The notes below the pieces were generated by a model. It was not told where the DNA came from. It ran no database searches and worked only from the letters and a program-made list of their open reading frames with translations. From the IMG/VR virus record IMGVR_UViG_3300028591_000101, positions 90,403-154,402 of that record: a stretch of 64,000 nucleotides of DNA; one strand, given 5' to 3'. The DNA is from a virus (lineage: Duplodnaviria > Caudoviricetes). Made by a program: the position numbers and the translations under genes. Below are positions 21,837-31,075 of this stretch, in pieces. Positions within the stretch are counted from its first letter, which is position 1; every line of letters starts with the position of its first letter.

Positions 21837-24800
21837 ATGGCAGTAAATTCAAACGCATTAACGCAGAATGCCCAAGGTAGGTGGGATTTAACATTGAAGC
21901 ACGACAAGTCTAATGTTAATTTGCAAATCCCGGCAAGACTTACATATGATGGCATACAAGTGTCAACGACGATAACGAACGTTGAAAAAACTATCAATAC
22001 AGATTGGTACACCGAACTTGGCGTTCCAATTAATCCGGACGATATTGATAAGTACGCACAACCAGTAACCAAGGATGGGAAAACTTACATTGTAACTGGA
22101 TGGTCATTTGATGTTGAGCCGTACGATGATTCTGGCACAACAGCTGAAACCATATATAGTGTGGAAGTTCTTCCAAAAACGGCGTCAATCGCATCCAATG
22201 GACACGTTTCCCTTACGTCATACTATGTTGGAAAGCAGGGTGATACAGAAGTTAACCGCATAAATGTTACTAATGTCGCAACATGGTCCAGCAACAATAA
22301 TTATGTCATCGTCAATGGGGGCTCAGTATCCGGAAACAATACGAGTTCATCAACGACCAGGTCTTCCAGAGTTACAGCAGCGTACTCCGGAAAATCGGGG
22401 TATTGCGACGTTACTGTGGGCAAGGCCAGTGGTTCAACGGTAACATATCAATTGGTTGTGAATCCGGCCAGCATGACTATTCCATACAACGGCTCGGAGC
22501 AATTGACGGCGAAATTCTATACAATTACAGATGGACACCCGGATGAAGGTGTGGATGTTACCAGAAATCCGAACTGCATGTGGACCAGTTCTGACAGCTC
22601 ACACGCAACTGTAAGTAGTAACGGTATTGTATCTGGTCATAATGACTCTAGTGTCACTCAGGATGTTACAGCAAGAATCACCGCCACATATAATCAGACA
22701 TCAGGAGCGTGCCAGGTAACAGTTACAAAGAGTGGTGGTGAAACTGGCGTAACCACATACGAGCTTAGTATTTCAGCAACCCCATCCAGTATTGCCTGGA
22801 GTGGAAGTTCTTGGCTTACGGCTGAATATGTAACACTCGTTGATGGACATGTAACATCAAGGGTCCCTGTTTCGCCTGAAAATGTTGCTTGGACGGTTAC
22901 GAAGAACCCTGGTTATGGCACAATAAACGCCACGACCGGAGAATTTGTGGCGAACAACCAATCATTAAGCGGTACCAATAGAGAAATTAAAATTAAGGGT
23001 ACTTATAGCGGTCTTACAAGCAATGAAGTGGCAATACAAGTTAGCAAGAGACCGGCAGAGGAAACAACTTATAAGCTTGAGGTTGTTCCGTCAGGAGAAC
23101 ACATCGGGTCAGCAGATACGATAGACCTCCAGGCATGGTTCTATACATATGAAGCTGGGTCATTGGAACCAACGGAAAGTTTGAACGTAACGGAATTTGC
23201 GGATTGTACATGGACATCCGACAAATATGATGTTGCAACAGTTTCCGCTGGACACGTTGTATCAGATAACCAAACTTATGCCGAACAAATCGTGTTCATT
23301 ACAGCAAGTTATTGCGGATATACCGATGATGCTTCGGTTGTTGTTGCCCCGAAGGAAGGAGAAGCACCAGAATATTACTATGCGCTTGTCGTCGTTCCAA
23401 CAGCTGCCACTCTTGAATACAGCGGTTTTACACAACTTCAGGCTGAATTCAGAACCTATGAAGGGAGTAACCCAAATCCTGTAACAACAGAAGTGGTAAC
23501 GACAGGGTGCCAATGGTCCACAAACAACCAATTGGTTTATGTAGACAATGATTTGAACAAGGGTTTGGTACAAAGCTATGTATACGATTCAGCTGGAACC
23601 GAGGCGGATATCACTGCAGTCTATGTAAGGGCATATAGCTCATTTACGGGAACATCACGTGTAACTGTAAATGGCAAATTTATTGATTTTGATATTGACA
23701 CAACTCCAATTTCGGTTGTGTGCGAGAATCAATTTAGTGTGACAAGGCAAATTACTACAACAGATGATGTCACCTGGCACGCATCGGTTGTTGATGTTGA
23801 ACACATAGGAACTGAAATTGATTGGGTAACAGTGTCTCCAGAAAATGGAAGCGGAAGCGGTATTCTAAATATCAGTGTAGTAAAGGAAAACAGTGGAAGC
23901 ACCACAAGGGATTGTTTTGTTTGGGTACACTATCCGGCCGATTCACTTGTCAAGAAAGAGATAACAGTCACACAATATCCAACCCCTAGACTTATTGTTA
24001 CTGAACAGTCAGTAACCGCGCCGCAGCTTGGGTCAACGGAAAGCGTATTTGTAAGTACGAATTATAATATTTCAGCTGATACAAACGGGAATGATTGGAT
24101 AACATTGAATATTTCTAGGGCCAACGGTGGTTTTAATTTGGAAATAACAACCACTGAAACAAGCGCGGAAAGAAGTGGTGTTGTCTATGTTGAAAGTCTT
24201 TACAGCGGAGATTGCACGTCGTTTGAGCGTGTACCAATAACCGTCAGCCAGGAATACATGCCACCGGTACCACCAGACCCTACTGGGTATGTATATTTCT
24301 ATGCAAGCGAAACCGCAGAAACACCATCAGCACCGCTAGAAATTAGCAGGTCTGCAGCAGAAGCGGATGTCGAATTCTGGATTAGTACATCTATTGAAAC
24401 CAGGATAACAGGTGTTAGTGGCGAAGGCATCACAGTCAGAGAAACCAATGGTCTTGATTTAACATCAGGTGCAACAATATCTGCGACCGGGCTTGATAAC
24501 AGAAGAAAACTTATTGCACACATTCCAAAGCATTATGACATTGCAAACAGCAGAAATTTTGTGGTGCGTTTCAAGACCACGTACAATCAATCGTCAAATA
24601 ACGCAGTATTAGTTATTCAACAACGTGCTAACCATTACTACGACGATGATGTGGTCATTAAGTTCTTCAACATTGAGAGTCAGGACATCGGGCAAGAAGA
24701 GGTTACAATCAATTCTGGGGAACACTTTATTAAACCATATGTTTATATAGAGAGCAATCGCCGCTATGAGAATGGTGACGTGGAGGTGCATAGGATGGTT

Positions 24801-25412
24801 GACTATATTGACAATTCTGGCGTTATTGATGACAAAATTGGACTTAATTTTAGTGGGTTTACCCCAATTGTAAGTACAGACGTTGGGCATGGTGGCGCTT
24901 ATGTGCCATCGTTAGATAATCCTTATGAACTCTATTTTTCGCCAAATCAGGGTTATAATCCAACCGGTGAAACAAGAGACACTATTATGCAGCTTGTATA
25001 TAAGGGAACAGTTCCTTGGGTCACAAAAGATATTAAAGTTCATCAGTTGTATTCCCAGAAAGAGCTTGACCCGGTTAACATGCACCTTTTGTCCGGTTCA
25101 TCCCATATTCCAGTTGACAATGCTAGCGCAATAACTACCCCTAACGGAGTCATAATAGTTGAGCCTGGTTCCGGAAGCTTATATGTGCAAGGTGAAACTG
25201 GCGTAACACTTATAATTGGCGGAGAGTACGGAAAATTTACGGTTGGCGGAGATATGCAGTATGCTGAACCATACGATTTGGGTAGCAACAATGGTAAGGC
25301 AATATATTTGACGAATAATGCTCCATCCGGAAGCCATTACGCCATAACGATAAATTGCTCAAAACCGGATAGGGCTGTTAAAGTTATTGTAATTGACGTA
25401 ACAGTTCAATAA
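21837..25412 (+). CDS. Ig-like (Big_2) repeat plus BACON adhesin-like virion protein
   Basis: Five Ig-like repeats (WSSNN, WTSSDSSHATVS, WTSDKYDVATVS) followed by BACON-like units. Confidence 0.7.
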   Translation: MAVNSNALTQNAQGRWDLTLKHDKSNVNLQIPARLTYDGIQVSTTITNVEKTINTDWYTELGVPINPDDIDKYAQPVTKDGKTYIVTGWSFDVEPYDDSGTTAETIYSVEVLPKTASIASNGHVSLTSYYVGKQGDTEVNRINVTNVATWSSNNNYVIVNGGSVSGNNTSSSTTRSSRVTAAYSGKSGYCDVTVGKASGSTVTYQLVVNPASMTIPYNGSEQLTAKFYTITDGHPDEGVDVTRNPNCMWTSSDSSHATVSSNGIVSGHNDSSVTQDVTARITATYNQTSGACQVTVTKSGGETGVTTYELSISATPSSIAWSGSSWLTAEYVTLVDGHVTSRVPVSPENVAWTVTKNPGYGTINATTGEFVANNQSLSGTNREIKIKGTYSGLTSNEVAIQVSKRPAEETTYKLEVVPSGEHIGSADTIDLQAWFYTYEAGSLEPTESLNVTEFADCTWTSDKYDVATVSAGHVVSDNQTYAEQIVFITASYCGYTDDASVVVAPKEGEAPEYYYALVVVPTAATLEYSGFTQLQAEFRTYEGSNPNPVTTEVVTTGCQWSTNNQLVYVDNDLNKGLVQSYVYDSAGTEADITAVYVRAYSSFTGTSRVTVNGKFIDFDIDTTPISVVCENQFSVTRQITTTDDVTWHASVVDVEHIGTEIDWVTVSPENGSGSGILNISVVKENSGSTTRDCFVWVHYPADSLVKKEITVTQYPTPRLIVTEQSVTAPQLGSTESVFVSTNYNISADTNGNDWITLNISRANGGFNLEITTTETSAERSGVVYVESLYSGDCTSFERVPITVSQEYMPPVPPDPTGYVYFYASETAETPSAPLEISRSAAEADVEFWISTSIETRITGVSGEGITVRETNGLDLTSGATISATGLDNRRKLIAHIPKHYDIANSRNFVVRFKTTYNQSSNNAVLVIQQRANHYYDDDVVIKFFNIESQDIGQEEVTINSGEHFIKPYVYIESNRRYENGDVEVHRMVDYIDNSGVIDDKIGLNFSGFTPIVSTDVGHGGAYVPSLDNPYELYFSPNQGYNPTGETRDTIMQLVYKGTVPWVTKDIKVHQLYSQKELDPVNMHLLSGSSHIPVDNASAITTPNGVIIVEPGSGSLYVQGETGVTLIIGGEYGKFTVGGDMQYAEPYDLGSNNGKAIYLTNNAPSGSHYAITINCSKPDRAVKVIVIDVTVQ

Positions 25413-25431
25413 CACAACTTAACTTATCATT

Positions 25432-25460
25432 TAACGGGAGGGTAAAACCTCCCGTTATTT
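25432..25460 (+). terminator. Intrinsic terminator of structural operon
   Basis: TAACGGGAGG-gtaaaa-CCTCCCGTTA then T-rich. Confidence 0.75.
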
Positions 25461-25464
25461 GTTA

Positions 25465-25492
25465 TTGACTTTTATCCGTTTATCGTTATATT
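25465..25492 (+). promoter_or_regulatory. sigma70-like promoter TTGACT-N16-TATATT
   Basis: Motif read directly; similar site at 27248-27276 (N17). Confidence 0.4.
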
Positions 25493-25552
25493 TTAATAGA
25501 TTGAAGTTTACTTATAATAGTACTATTTATAAACAAAAGGAGAATATATATT

Positions 25553-25930
25553 ATGTCTAATCAACAACAATTTCGAAATTTTATGATTAAGGGCGCCATC
25601 TGGATTGCTGTCATCTGCACAATCGTTGTTGCAGCATGCGGGCTCATTTGGGGTTCAATCATTGAGGGTTCACTCATCGCTGAAATCGCAAAATATGCGG
25701 TTGGGAATCTCGCCATTATCGTCATCCTTGAATCTTTTTGGTATACTCTCGGACAGTTCCTTTTTCACTGGTCCGACGACTATAAGGAGAAGTACGGCAA
25801 GGGATGGTTCTGGAAGGGAATCAAGGAAGACCTCAAGAATCTCAGAACCGAAGTCAATTGGTGGAAAGTTATTCTTATCTATGTAATTTTCTTCGGTGTC
25901 TTTGGTTTGCTTATCTGGATTCTTCCTTAA
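25553..25930 (+). CDS. Membrane protein (about 3 TM)
   Basis: 125 aa, hydrophobic segments; AAGGAG upstream. Confidence 0.7.
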   Translation: MSNQQQFRNFMIKGAIWIAVICTIVVAACGLIWGSIIEGSLIAEIAKYAVGNLAIIVILESFWYTLGQFLFHWSDDYKEKYGKGWFWKGIKEDLKNLRTEVNWWKVILIYVIFFGVFGLLIWILP

Positions 25931-25973
25931 TTATCCGGACATGCTACAAAAATATCGTGCCAGGCCTGAAGTT

Positions 25974-25989
25974 TGGCACGATTTTTGTA
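25974..25989 (+). promoter_or_regulatory. sigma54-type -24/-12 box
   Basis: TGGCACG-attt-TTGTA upstream of ORF 26034. Confidence 0.6.
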
Positions 25990-26033
25990 TTATATAGTTA
26001 CGAAAATTATGTTTAACTTTTAAAATTAGAGAC

Positions 26034-26189
26034 ATGGAAAAGAATAAGACTCTTGCGAACATTTTTACGGCACTTCCAATCGCTGTTTGTTTCGTTGGGC
26101 TTTTGGCCTTCACCCCGACCGGTTTTGTCCTTGGCGGAATCGGTGTCCTCGGTGTTATCGGTCAGGTCATGCTTAACAAGAAGCAATAA
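26034..26189 (+). CDS. 51-aa membrane protein (not in ORF track)
   Basis: MEKNKTLANIFTALPIAVCFVGLLAFTPTGFVLGGIGVLGVIGQVMLNKKQ between promoter box and terminator. Confidence 0.65.
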   Translation: MEKNKTLANIFTALPIAVCFVGLLAFTPTGFVLGGIGVLGVIGQVMLNKKQ

Positions 26190-26191
26190 AA

Positions 26192-26216
26192 AAAGGTGGT
26201 CACAATGACCACCTTT
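26192..26216. terminator. Bidirectional terminator
   Basis: AAAGGTGGTCA-caa-TGACCACCTTT between convergent genes. Confidence 0.75.
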
Positions 26217-26239
26217 AATTTTTTGTTTTTTCGGGACTA

Positions 26240-26914
26240 TTAGTTATCTTCCTCGTTAACGAAGTTATTCCAGTTCTGTTCAGCCTTGGCAAAGTTATTT
26301 CTAGCCTGTCCGAGGGTATTGTTTGCTTGAGCAATCCTATTGTTACCTCTTGCTGCACTGTTCGCGGAAGCGGTCGCATTCCTTTGTTGTGCATTTGCAG
26401 TGGCCTGTGCATTACGCCGTGCAAGAGCTGCATTTCTGGCCGCAATCTGAGCCTGGTCAGCATCGTTAGCCTTTGCTACTCTTTCTCTCGGTGTTACAGC
26501 CGGGGTTTTTCCATTAAACCAATCGCCTAAAGAGTCTTTAGCTGCACCAATAGTAGCTCCAATTTGTCTTGCTCTTCCTTGAACAACATCACCCGCGTTT
26601 CTTACTTTTGTACCAGCGGTTCTGGCCGCATTTCCAATCCTAGCACCAGCACTCCTCATAGCATTTCCGGCCCCTGTGGCAAGTTGGTCGGCTGTATTTG
26701 CTATTGTCCCACCAGCGGATTGTAGACCACCTTTTGCGGCCTTTAATCCGCCACGTACTGCATTTGTTACTGCATTTCCACCAGCTTTAAGCAAGTTTTT
26801 CCCAGCCTGCTTAAAGTCACCCCAAGCGCCTTCATCCATTTCATTAAGTACATTTTCAACACTTTCACGAATGATTTGTCTAAGTTCGCTTTCGCTTATT
26901 TGAATTTTAGCCAT
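26240..26914 (-). CDS. Ala/Gly-rich protein with ISESELRQIIRESV leader (probable head-internal protein)
   Basis: 224 aa; N-terminal motif shared with several genes at 39.5-43.2 kb. Confidence 0.6.
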   Translation of the reverse strand: MAKIQISESELRQIIRESVENVLNEMDEGAWGDFKQAGKNLLKAGGNAVTNAVRGGLKAAKGGLQSAGGTIANTADQLATGAGNAMRSAGARIGNAARTAGTKVRNAGDVVQGRARQIGATIGAAKDSLGDWFNGKTPAVTPRERVAKANDADQAQIAARNAALARRNAQATANAQQRNATASANSAARGNNRIAQANNTLGQARNNFAKAEQNWNNFVNEEDN

Positions 26915-26974
26915 TTTTGTTTTCTGTTTATAATTGCAATTATTTAACTATAAATAGTATCTGTCTATTGAAAA

Positions 26975-27214
26975 TCAACGCCCCATTCTCTTGTTTTCAA
27001 TCTTTTTAATGAGGTCTCCAACCGTCTTGACCTGCATAATTTCGTCATCACTAATAACCAGACCGAATTCGTCCTCAATACCCATAACTATCTCAGCCAT
27101 ATCAAGCGAATCAGTTCCAAGGTCGTTTACGAATTCCTGGTTTTCTTTAATTTCTAACTTATCATAACCAAGCTTCTCGCTCAGTAAGTTGATAACTCGT
27201 TCTTTTACTTCCAT
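26975..27214 (-). CDS. acpP: Acyl carrier protein
   Basis: 79 aa acidic protein with DLGTDSLD phosphopantetheine motif and IEDEFG...VKTVGD. Confidence 0.9.
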   Translation of the reverse strand: MEVKERVINLLSEKLGYDKLEIKENQEFVNDLGTDSLDMAEIVMGIEDEFGLVISDDEIMQVKTVGDLIKKIENKRMGR

Positions 27215-27347
27215 AATAGTTTTATTTATAGACATAAATAGCTTGTTTTGACTTTTAAACTGTTTCTGGCTATATTGTAAGAAAGGAATACTATTTGCTG
27301 GTGGATTTTTTAAAAGATAACACTATTTATATGTAAATTGACAAGAT

Positions 27348-28499
27348 ATGAAAAAACTCACAACAGAACAGTTTATAGAGAAAGCAAGGCAAGTACATGG
27401 GGATAAATACGATTATTCGCAATCCGTTTATGTAAATACCCGAACGCCAATTTGTATTATTTGCCCAGAGCACGGTGAATTCAAACAAACTCCGAACATG
27501 CATTTGCAAGGTAACGGTTGTCCGAAATGTTTTAACGAAAAAAGAGGAAATACAACAAGGATGACAACGGAAGAGTTTGTTAAACGCGCAAGAGAAATAC
27601 ATGGTGATAAATATGATTATTCAAAAACCATATATAAGAATATAATGACTAAGGTGCGTATTATTTGTCCAGAACATGGTGAATTCAAACAAACGCCTAA
27701 CGACCATTTAAACGGGAAGAAAAATTGTCCTAAATGCGCACACATGAGTTATAAAAAAACAACGGAAGAGTTTATTGAAGAAGCGAAAAAAATACATGGC
27801 GATAAATATGATTATTCAAAATCAGTATATTCCGGAAAAGACAAAAAGATTATTATTGTTTGTCCCGAACACGGAGAATTTAAACAAACGCCACATTCTC
27901 ATCTACAAGGTAAAGGTTGTCCTAAATGCGCAAATAAATTAAACGGATTAAAAAAGCGCCTAACAAATGAAGAATTTATTTCTAAAGCGAACACGTTACA
28001 TGGGAATAAATACGATTATTCAAAAGTAGAATATAAAACAACAGATACACCGGTTTGCATTATCTGTCCAGAGCATGGGGAATTCTGGCAAACACCCCAC
28101 AACCATATAGGGCAAAAACAAGGATGCCCGAAATGTTCTAAAAGTCATATGGAGAAAGAAATATCACAACTTTTAACAGAGAACAACATTCGTTTTGAAG
28201 AACAAAAAAAATTTCCGTGGTTGAAATACAAAAAACCACTATCGCTTGACTTTTACCTGCCAGAATATGATATTGTAATAGAATGTCAGGGTGAGCAACA
28301 TTTCGTTAAAATGAGATACATAACTGAAACTGACGAAAAGTTTGAAAGAGTAAAGGAAAGGGATAAGATTAAAAAAGAGTTATGCGAAAAACACGGACTA
28401 AGGGTTTTGTACTATTCAACAGCTTTTAAGTCTGACTTTTTGATTAGTGATAAAAATAAATTATTAAAAATTATTAAAAATGAAGGGTATTTGCCTTAG
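27348..28499 (+). CDS. Zinc-repeat PD-(D/E)xK endonuclease (homing-endonuclease-like)
   Basis: Four HGDKYDYS...CPEHGEF.QTP..H..G..CPKC repeats; C-terminal LDFYLP...IECQGEQH. Confidence 0.75.
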   Translation: MKKLTTEQFIEKARQVHGDKYDYSQSVYVNTRTPICIICPEHGEFKQTPNMHLQGNGCPKCFNEKRGNTTRMTTEEFVKRAREIHGDKYDYSKTIYKNIMTKVRIICPEHGEFKQTPNDHLNGKKNCPKCAHMSYKKTTEEFIEEAKKIHGDKYDYSKSVYSGKDKKIIIVCPEHGEFKQTPHSHLQGKGCPKCANKLNGLKKRLTNEEFISKANTLHGNKYDYSKVEYKTTDTPVCIICPEHGEFWQTPHNHIGQKQGCPKCSKSHMEKEISQLLTENNIRFEEQKKFPWLKYKKPLSLDFYLPEYDIVIECQGEQHFVKMRYITETDEKFERVKERDKIKKELCEKHGLRVLYYSTAFKSDFLISDKNKLLKIIKNEGYLP

Positions 28500-29385
28500 T
28501 GGAGGAGCTGGCTCCAGGTTGTGGCCCATTACAAAAAGCACATCAAAACAATTATTACCATTATATAACAAGCCGCTATTGTATTTTCCATTATCAACTT
28601 TAATGCTTGGCGGAATACGAGATATTTTAATTATAACCACACCTTACGATGCAAAAGCATTCCAGGCGTTGCTTGGAGACGGTAGCTCGTTCGGAATAAA
28701 TATAACCTATGCGCAACAGCCTTCTCCCGATGGAATAGCCCAAGCTTTTATCATCGCGGAAAAATGTGGATTTTTATCAAATGATGAACCATGCGCGTTG
28801 ATACTCGGTGATAATGTGTTTCATGGCCCCGGTTTTACAGAGAAACTGACCAGAGCAAAAAATATGGCGGAAGAAGGTATTGCAACGATTTATGGTTGCA
28901 TTGTAAAAGACCCCCAGAGATATGGCATTGCAGAAGTTGATAAAAGAACAGGAGAACTACTTTCAATTGAAGAGAAGCCGAAGAACCCGAAATCAAATCT
29001 TTGTGTGACTGGTTTATATTTCTATCCGGCCGGTGTTGTTGAAGTGGCCAGGAACGTAAAGCCATCAGCAAGGGGAGAACTGGAAATCACGTCGGTCAAT
29101 CAAGCATACCTTGAAATGGGGAAATTGAGGCTTGAAAATCTCGGTCTTGGATTCGCCTGGCTTGACACTGGTACCTTTGACAGTCTTTCCGAAGCATCAA
29201 ATTATGTGGAGACCATAGAGAAGCGAACAGGTCAGCAGATTGCGTGCCTTGAAGAGATTGCCTACAATCATCATTGGATTAACAAGCTTCAGTTGCTGAA
29301 ATCCGCAAATGAGATGATTAAGAATGAGTATGGGCAATATCTCTTGCGGCTTTCCAAAAATGATGACGAAAAACCGGTGAATTAA
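28480..29385 (+). CDS. rfbA: Glucose-1-phosphate thymidylyltransferase
   Basis: GICLSGGAGSRLWPIT..SKQLLP, LILGDN, EEKP, SARGELEIT, WLDTGT motifs. Confidence 0.95.
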   Translation: MKGICLSGGAGSRLWPITKSTSKQLLPLYNKPLLYFPLSTLMLGGIRDILIITTPYDAKAFQALLGDGSSFGINITYAQQPSPDGIAQAFIIAEKCGFLSNDEPCALILGDNVFHGPGFTEKLTRAKNMAEEGIATIYGCIVKDPQRYGIAEVDKRTGELLSIEEKPKNPKSNLCVTGLYFYPAGVVEVARNVKPSARGELEITSVNQAYLEMGKLRLENLGLGFAWLDTGTFDSLSEASNYVETIEKRTGQQIACLEEIAYNHHWINKLQLLKSANEMIKNEYGQYLLRLSKNDDEKPVN

Positions 29386-30108
29386 ATGGCACAGGTGGTT
29401 TGTAAGTCTTCCGATGGTATATATTATATGCTATGGGGAGGCGCACAGCACGATATATGGACAAAATCAGTACATGACAGTCATCTTGACCTGATAAACG
29501 GAACATATGACGGGTTCAGACTACTTGACATGAGGCAGTTCCGGTTTGACTATAATAAGAAAAGCCTTCCGAATATTCACCATGTTGCTTTGGCGTCTTA
29601 CGTTCGTATCGTTTATCCTTATCTTGCTGACATATTGAAGTTTCCGTATAAAAGAAGTGATTTCAATCTTCACAAATATGAAGAAGATAACATGATTTGT
29701 TCGTTCCTGTGGCCGAAGAATGATATGAAATGGACTGTTAGTATAAATCAGGAAGTTACCGCTGAACATGAGGGTTTTGAATGTCTGACAAATATTGAAA
29801 AGAAATATCCTGGTGACAAAGGGTCTGCATATCATAGAATATTTTGTGCATCACACTGTTCTTGCGACATAATTAATGAAAGCATTCCTGATGGACAAAG
29901 CATATTCATAAGCGGAGATAGCTATATGATACCTGTTATCCCGATTTTGGCTTGTTATTACCATGAGGTTGTTTCATTGGATAATCGTTTTGAAGGAATT
30001 GGAATAAGTAACGTCCCGTATTATGATGGCAAGGTGTTTGATAAGGTGCTGATAGCTTGTTCGGAATCAAATCCACCGTTAAAATATCTTGGATGGAATT
30101 TGGCATGA
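29386..30108 (+). CDS. Hypothetical protein, possible SGNH/AlgJ-like C-terminal part
   Basis: IFISGDSY motif; translationally coupled to rfbA. Confidence 0.5.
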   Translation: MAQVVCKSSDGIYYMLWGGAQHDIWTKSVHDSHLDLINGTYDGFRLLDMRQFRFDYNKKSLPNIHHVALASYVRIVYPYLADILKFPYKRSDFNLHKYEEDNMICSFLWPKNDMKWTVSINQEVTAEHEGFECLTNIEKKYPGDKGSAYHRIFCASHCSCDIINESIPDGQSIFISGDSYMIPVIPILACYYHEVVSLDNRFEGIGISNVPYYDGKVFDKVLIACSESNPPLKYLGWNLA

Positions 30109-30140
30109 CTTTTTAATACCAACATAAACAAGCATAACAA

Positions 30141-30164
30141 AAGCCCCGGCATAAACCGGGGCTT
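30141..30164. terminator. Bidirectional terminator
   Basis: AAGCCCCGG-cataaa-CCGGGGCTT between convergent genes. Confidence 0.75.
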
Positions 30165-30168
30165 AATT

Positions 30169-30621
30169 TTATCTGAGCCTGCTATCTATTATTTCATTTG
30201 CTTTGCACTGTATTAAAGTGGATAAAGTGCCGCTTTTCCATAACAAGTCTTCCAGCCTTCCAGCAATGAAATTATAGAACAATTTTTCAGTCATCTCTTT
30301 GATAATGTCATCCTGATTCAAAACATCCTGTATCCTTTCTTTTACGCCGCTTAATACATTTTCAACATCAAGTTCGTGTACAATGTTTTCAAGTCTGCGG
30401 GTCGGTTCAATCTCTTCCGTTTCACGACCATAATAGTCTTTCTTCTTGGAATAGAAAAGCCTTCGTATGACTTCACTATCCATGACATATTGGCTTATTG
30501 CCTTGCCGAGTATGTCATGTATTTCAGCATCGGTAAATGTTCCAAGTTCCTTTTCCACTAGGTCCTTGAAACGAGTTTCGTCTAAATTAATCTCTATTTT
30601 CATATCGCTATTGTTTGTCAT
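30169..30621 (-). CDS. Hypothetical protein (start may be 30603)
   Basis: ORF in minus-strand operon. Confidence 0.6.
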   Translation of the reverse strand: MTNNSDMKIEINLDETRFKDLVEKELGTFTDAEIHDILGKAISQYVMDSEVIRRLFYSKKKDYYGRETEEIEPTRRLENIVHELDVENVLSGVKERIQDVLNQDDIIKEMTEKLFYNFIAGRLEDLLWKSGTLSTLIQCKANEIIDSRLR

Positions 30622-31075
30622 AAATTATTTCGTCATATTCATCCGGTGTTGGTGCCTGAAACCTCTGTACGAGTCTGTCCCATGCATCGTCAGGTATTTG
30701 TCCGTTCCGCCTTTGTTTATTGACTTCAACGCTCGGTGCCTCAACAACAACATAAATCCATTTCACATCATATGGGGACAGGATTTTCTTGTAGTCATTC
30801 CTATATTGCCTCCGTATGTTTATGTTGTTGATTGCAATATCATAACCTTCACGGGCAAACATCTTCAGTTTCGTATGGAATATGCTGCTGACCATAAACT
30901 CCTGCTCATTGGTGCCTATAATCTTGTCGCCGGGGTTGCAATAGCCAAGTTCAGCCCTTATATCATCACGACAAACGACCTTGACATCTGGCGGAAGGTT
31001 GTTTTTAATCCAAGTGTCTTTCCCAGCCCCAGGAAGACCTATCATCACATAAACGTTAATCTGTCTCTTTTCCAT
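30608..31075 (-). CDS. P-loop kinase (AAA_33 / polynucleotide-kinase-like)
   Basis: MIGLPGAGKDT Walker A, CRDDIRAEL. Confidence 0.8.
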   Translation of the reverse strand: MEKRQINVYVMIGLPGAGKDTWIKNNLPPDVKVVCRDDIRAELGYCNPGDKIIGTNEQEFMVSSIFHTKLKMFAREGYDIAINNINIRRQYRNDYKKILSPYDVKWIYVVVEAPSVEVNKQRRNGQIPDDAWDRLVQRFQAPTPDEYDEIIYDKQ

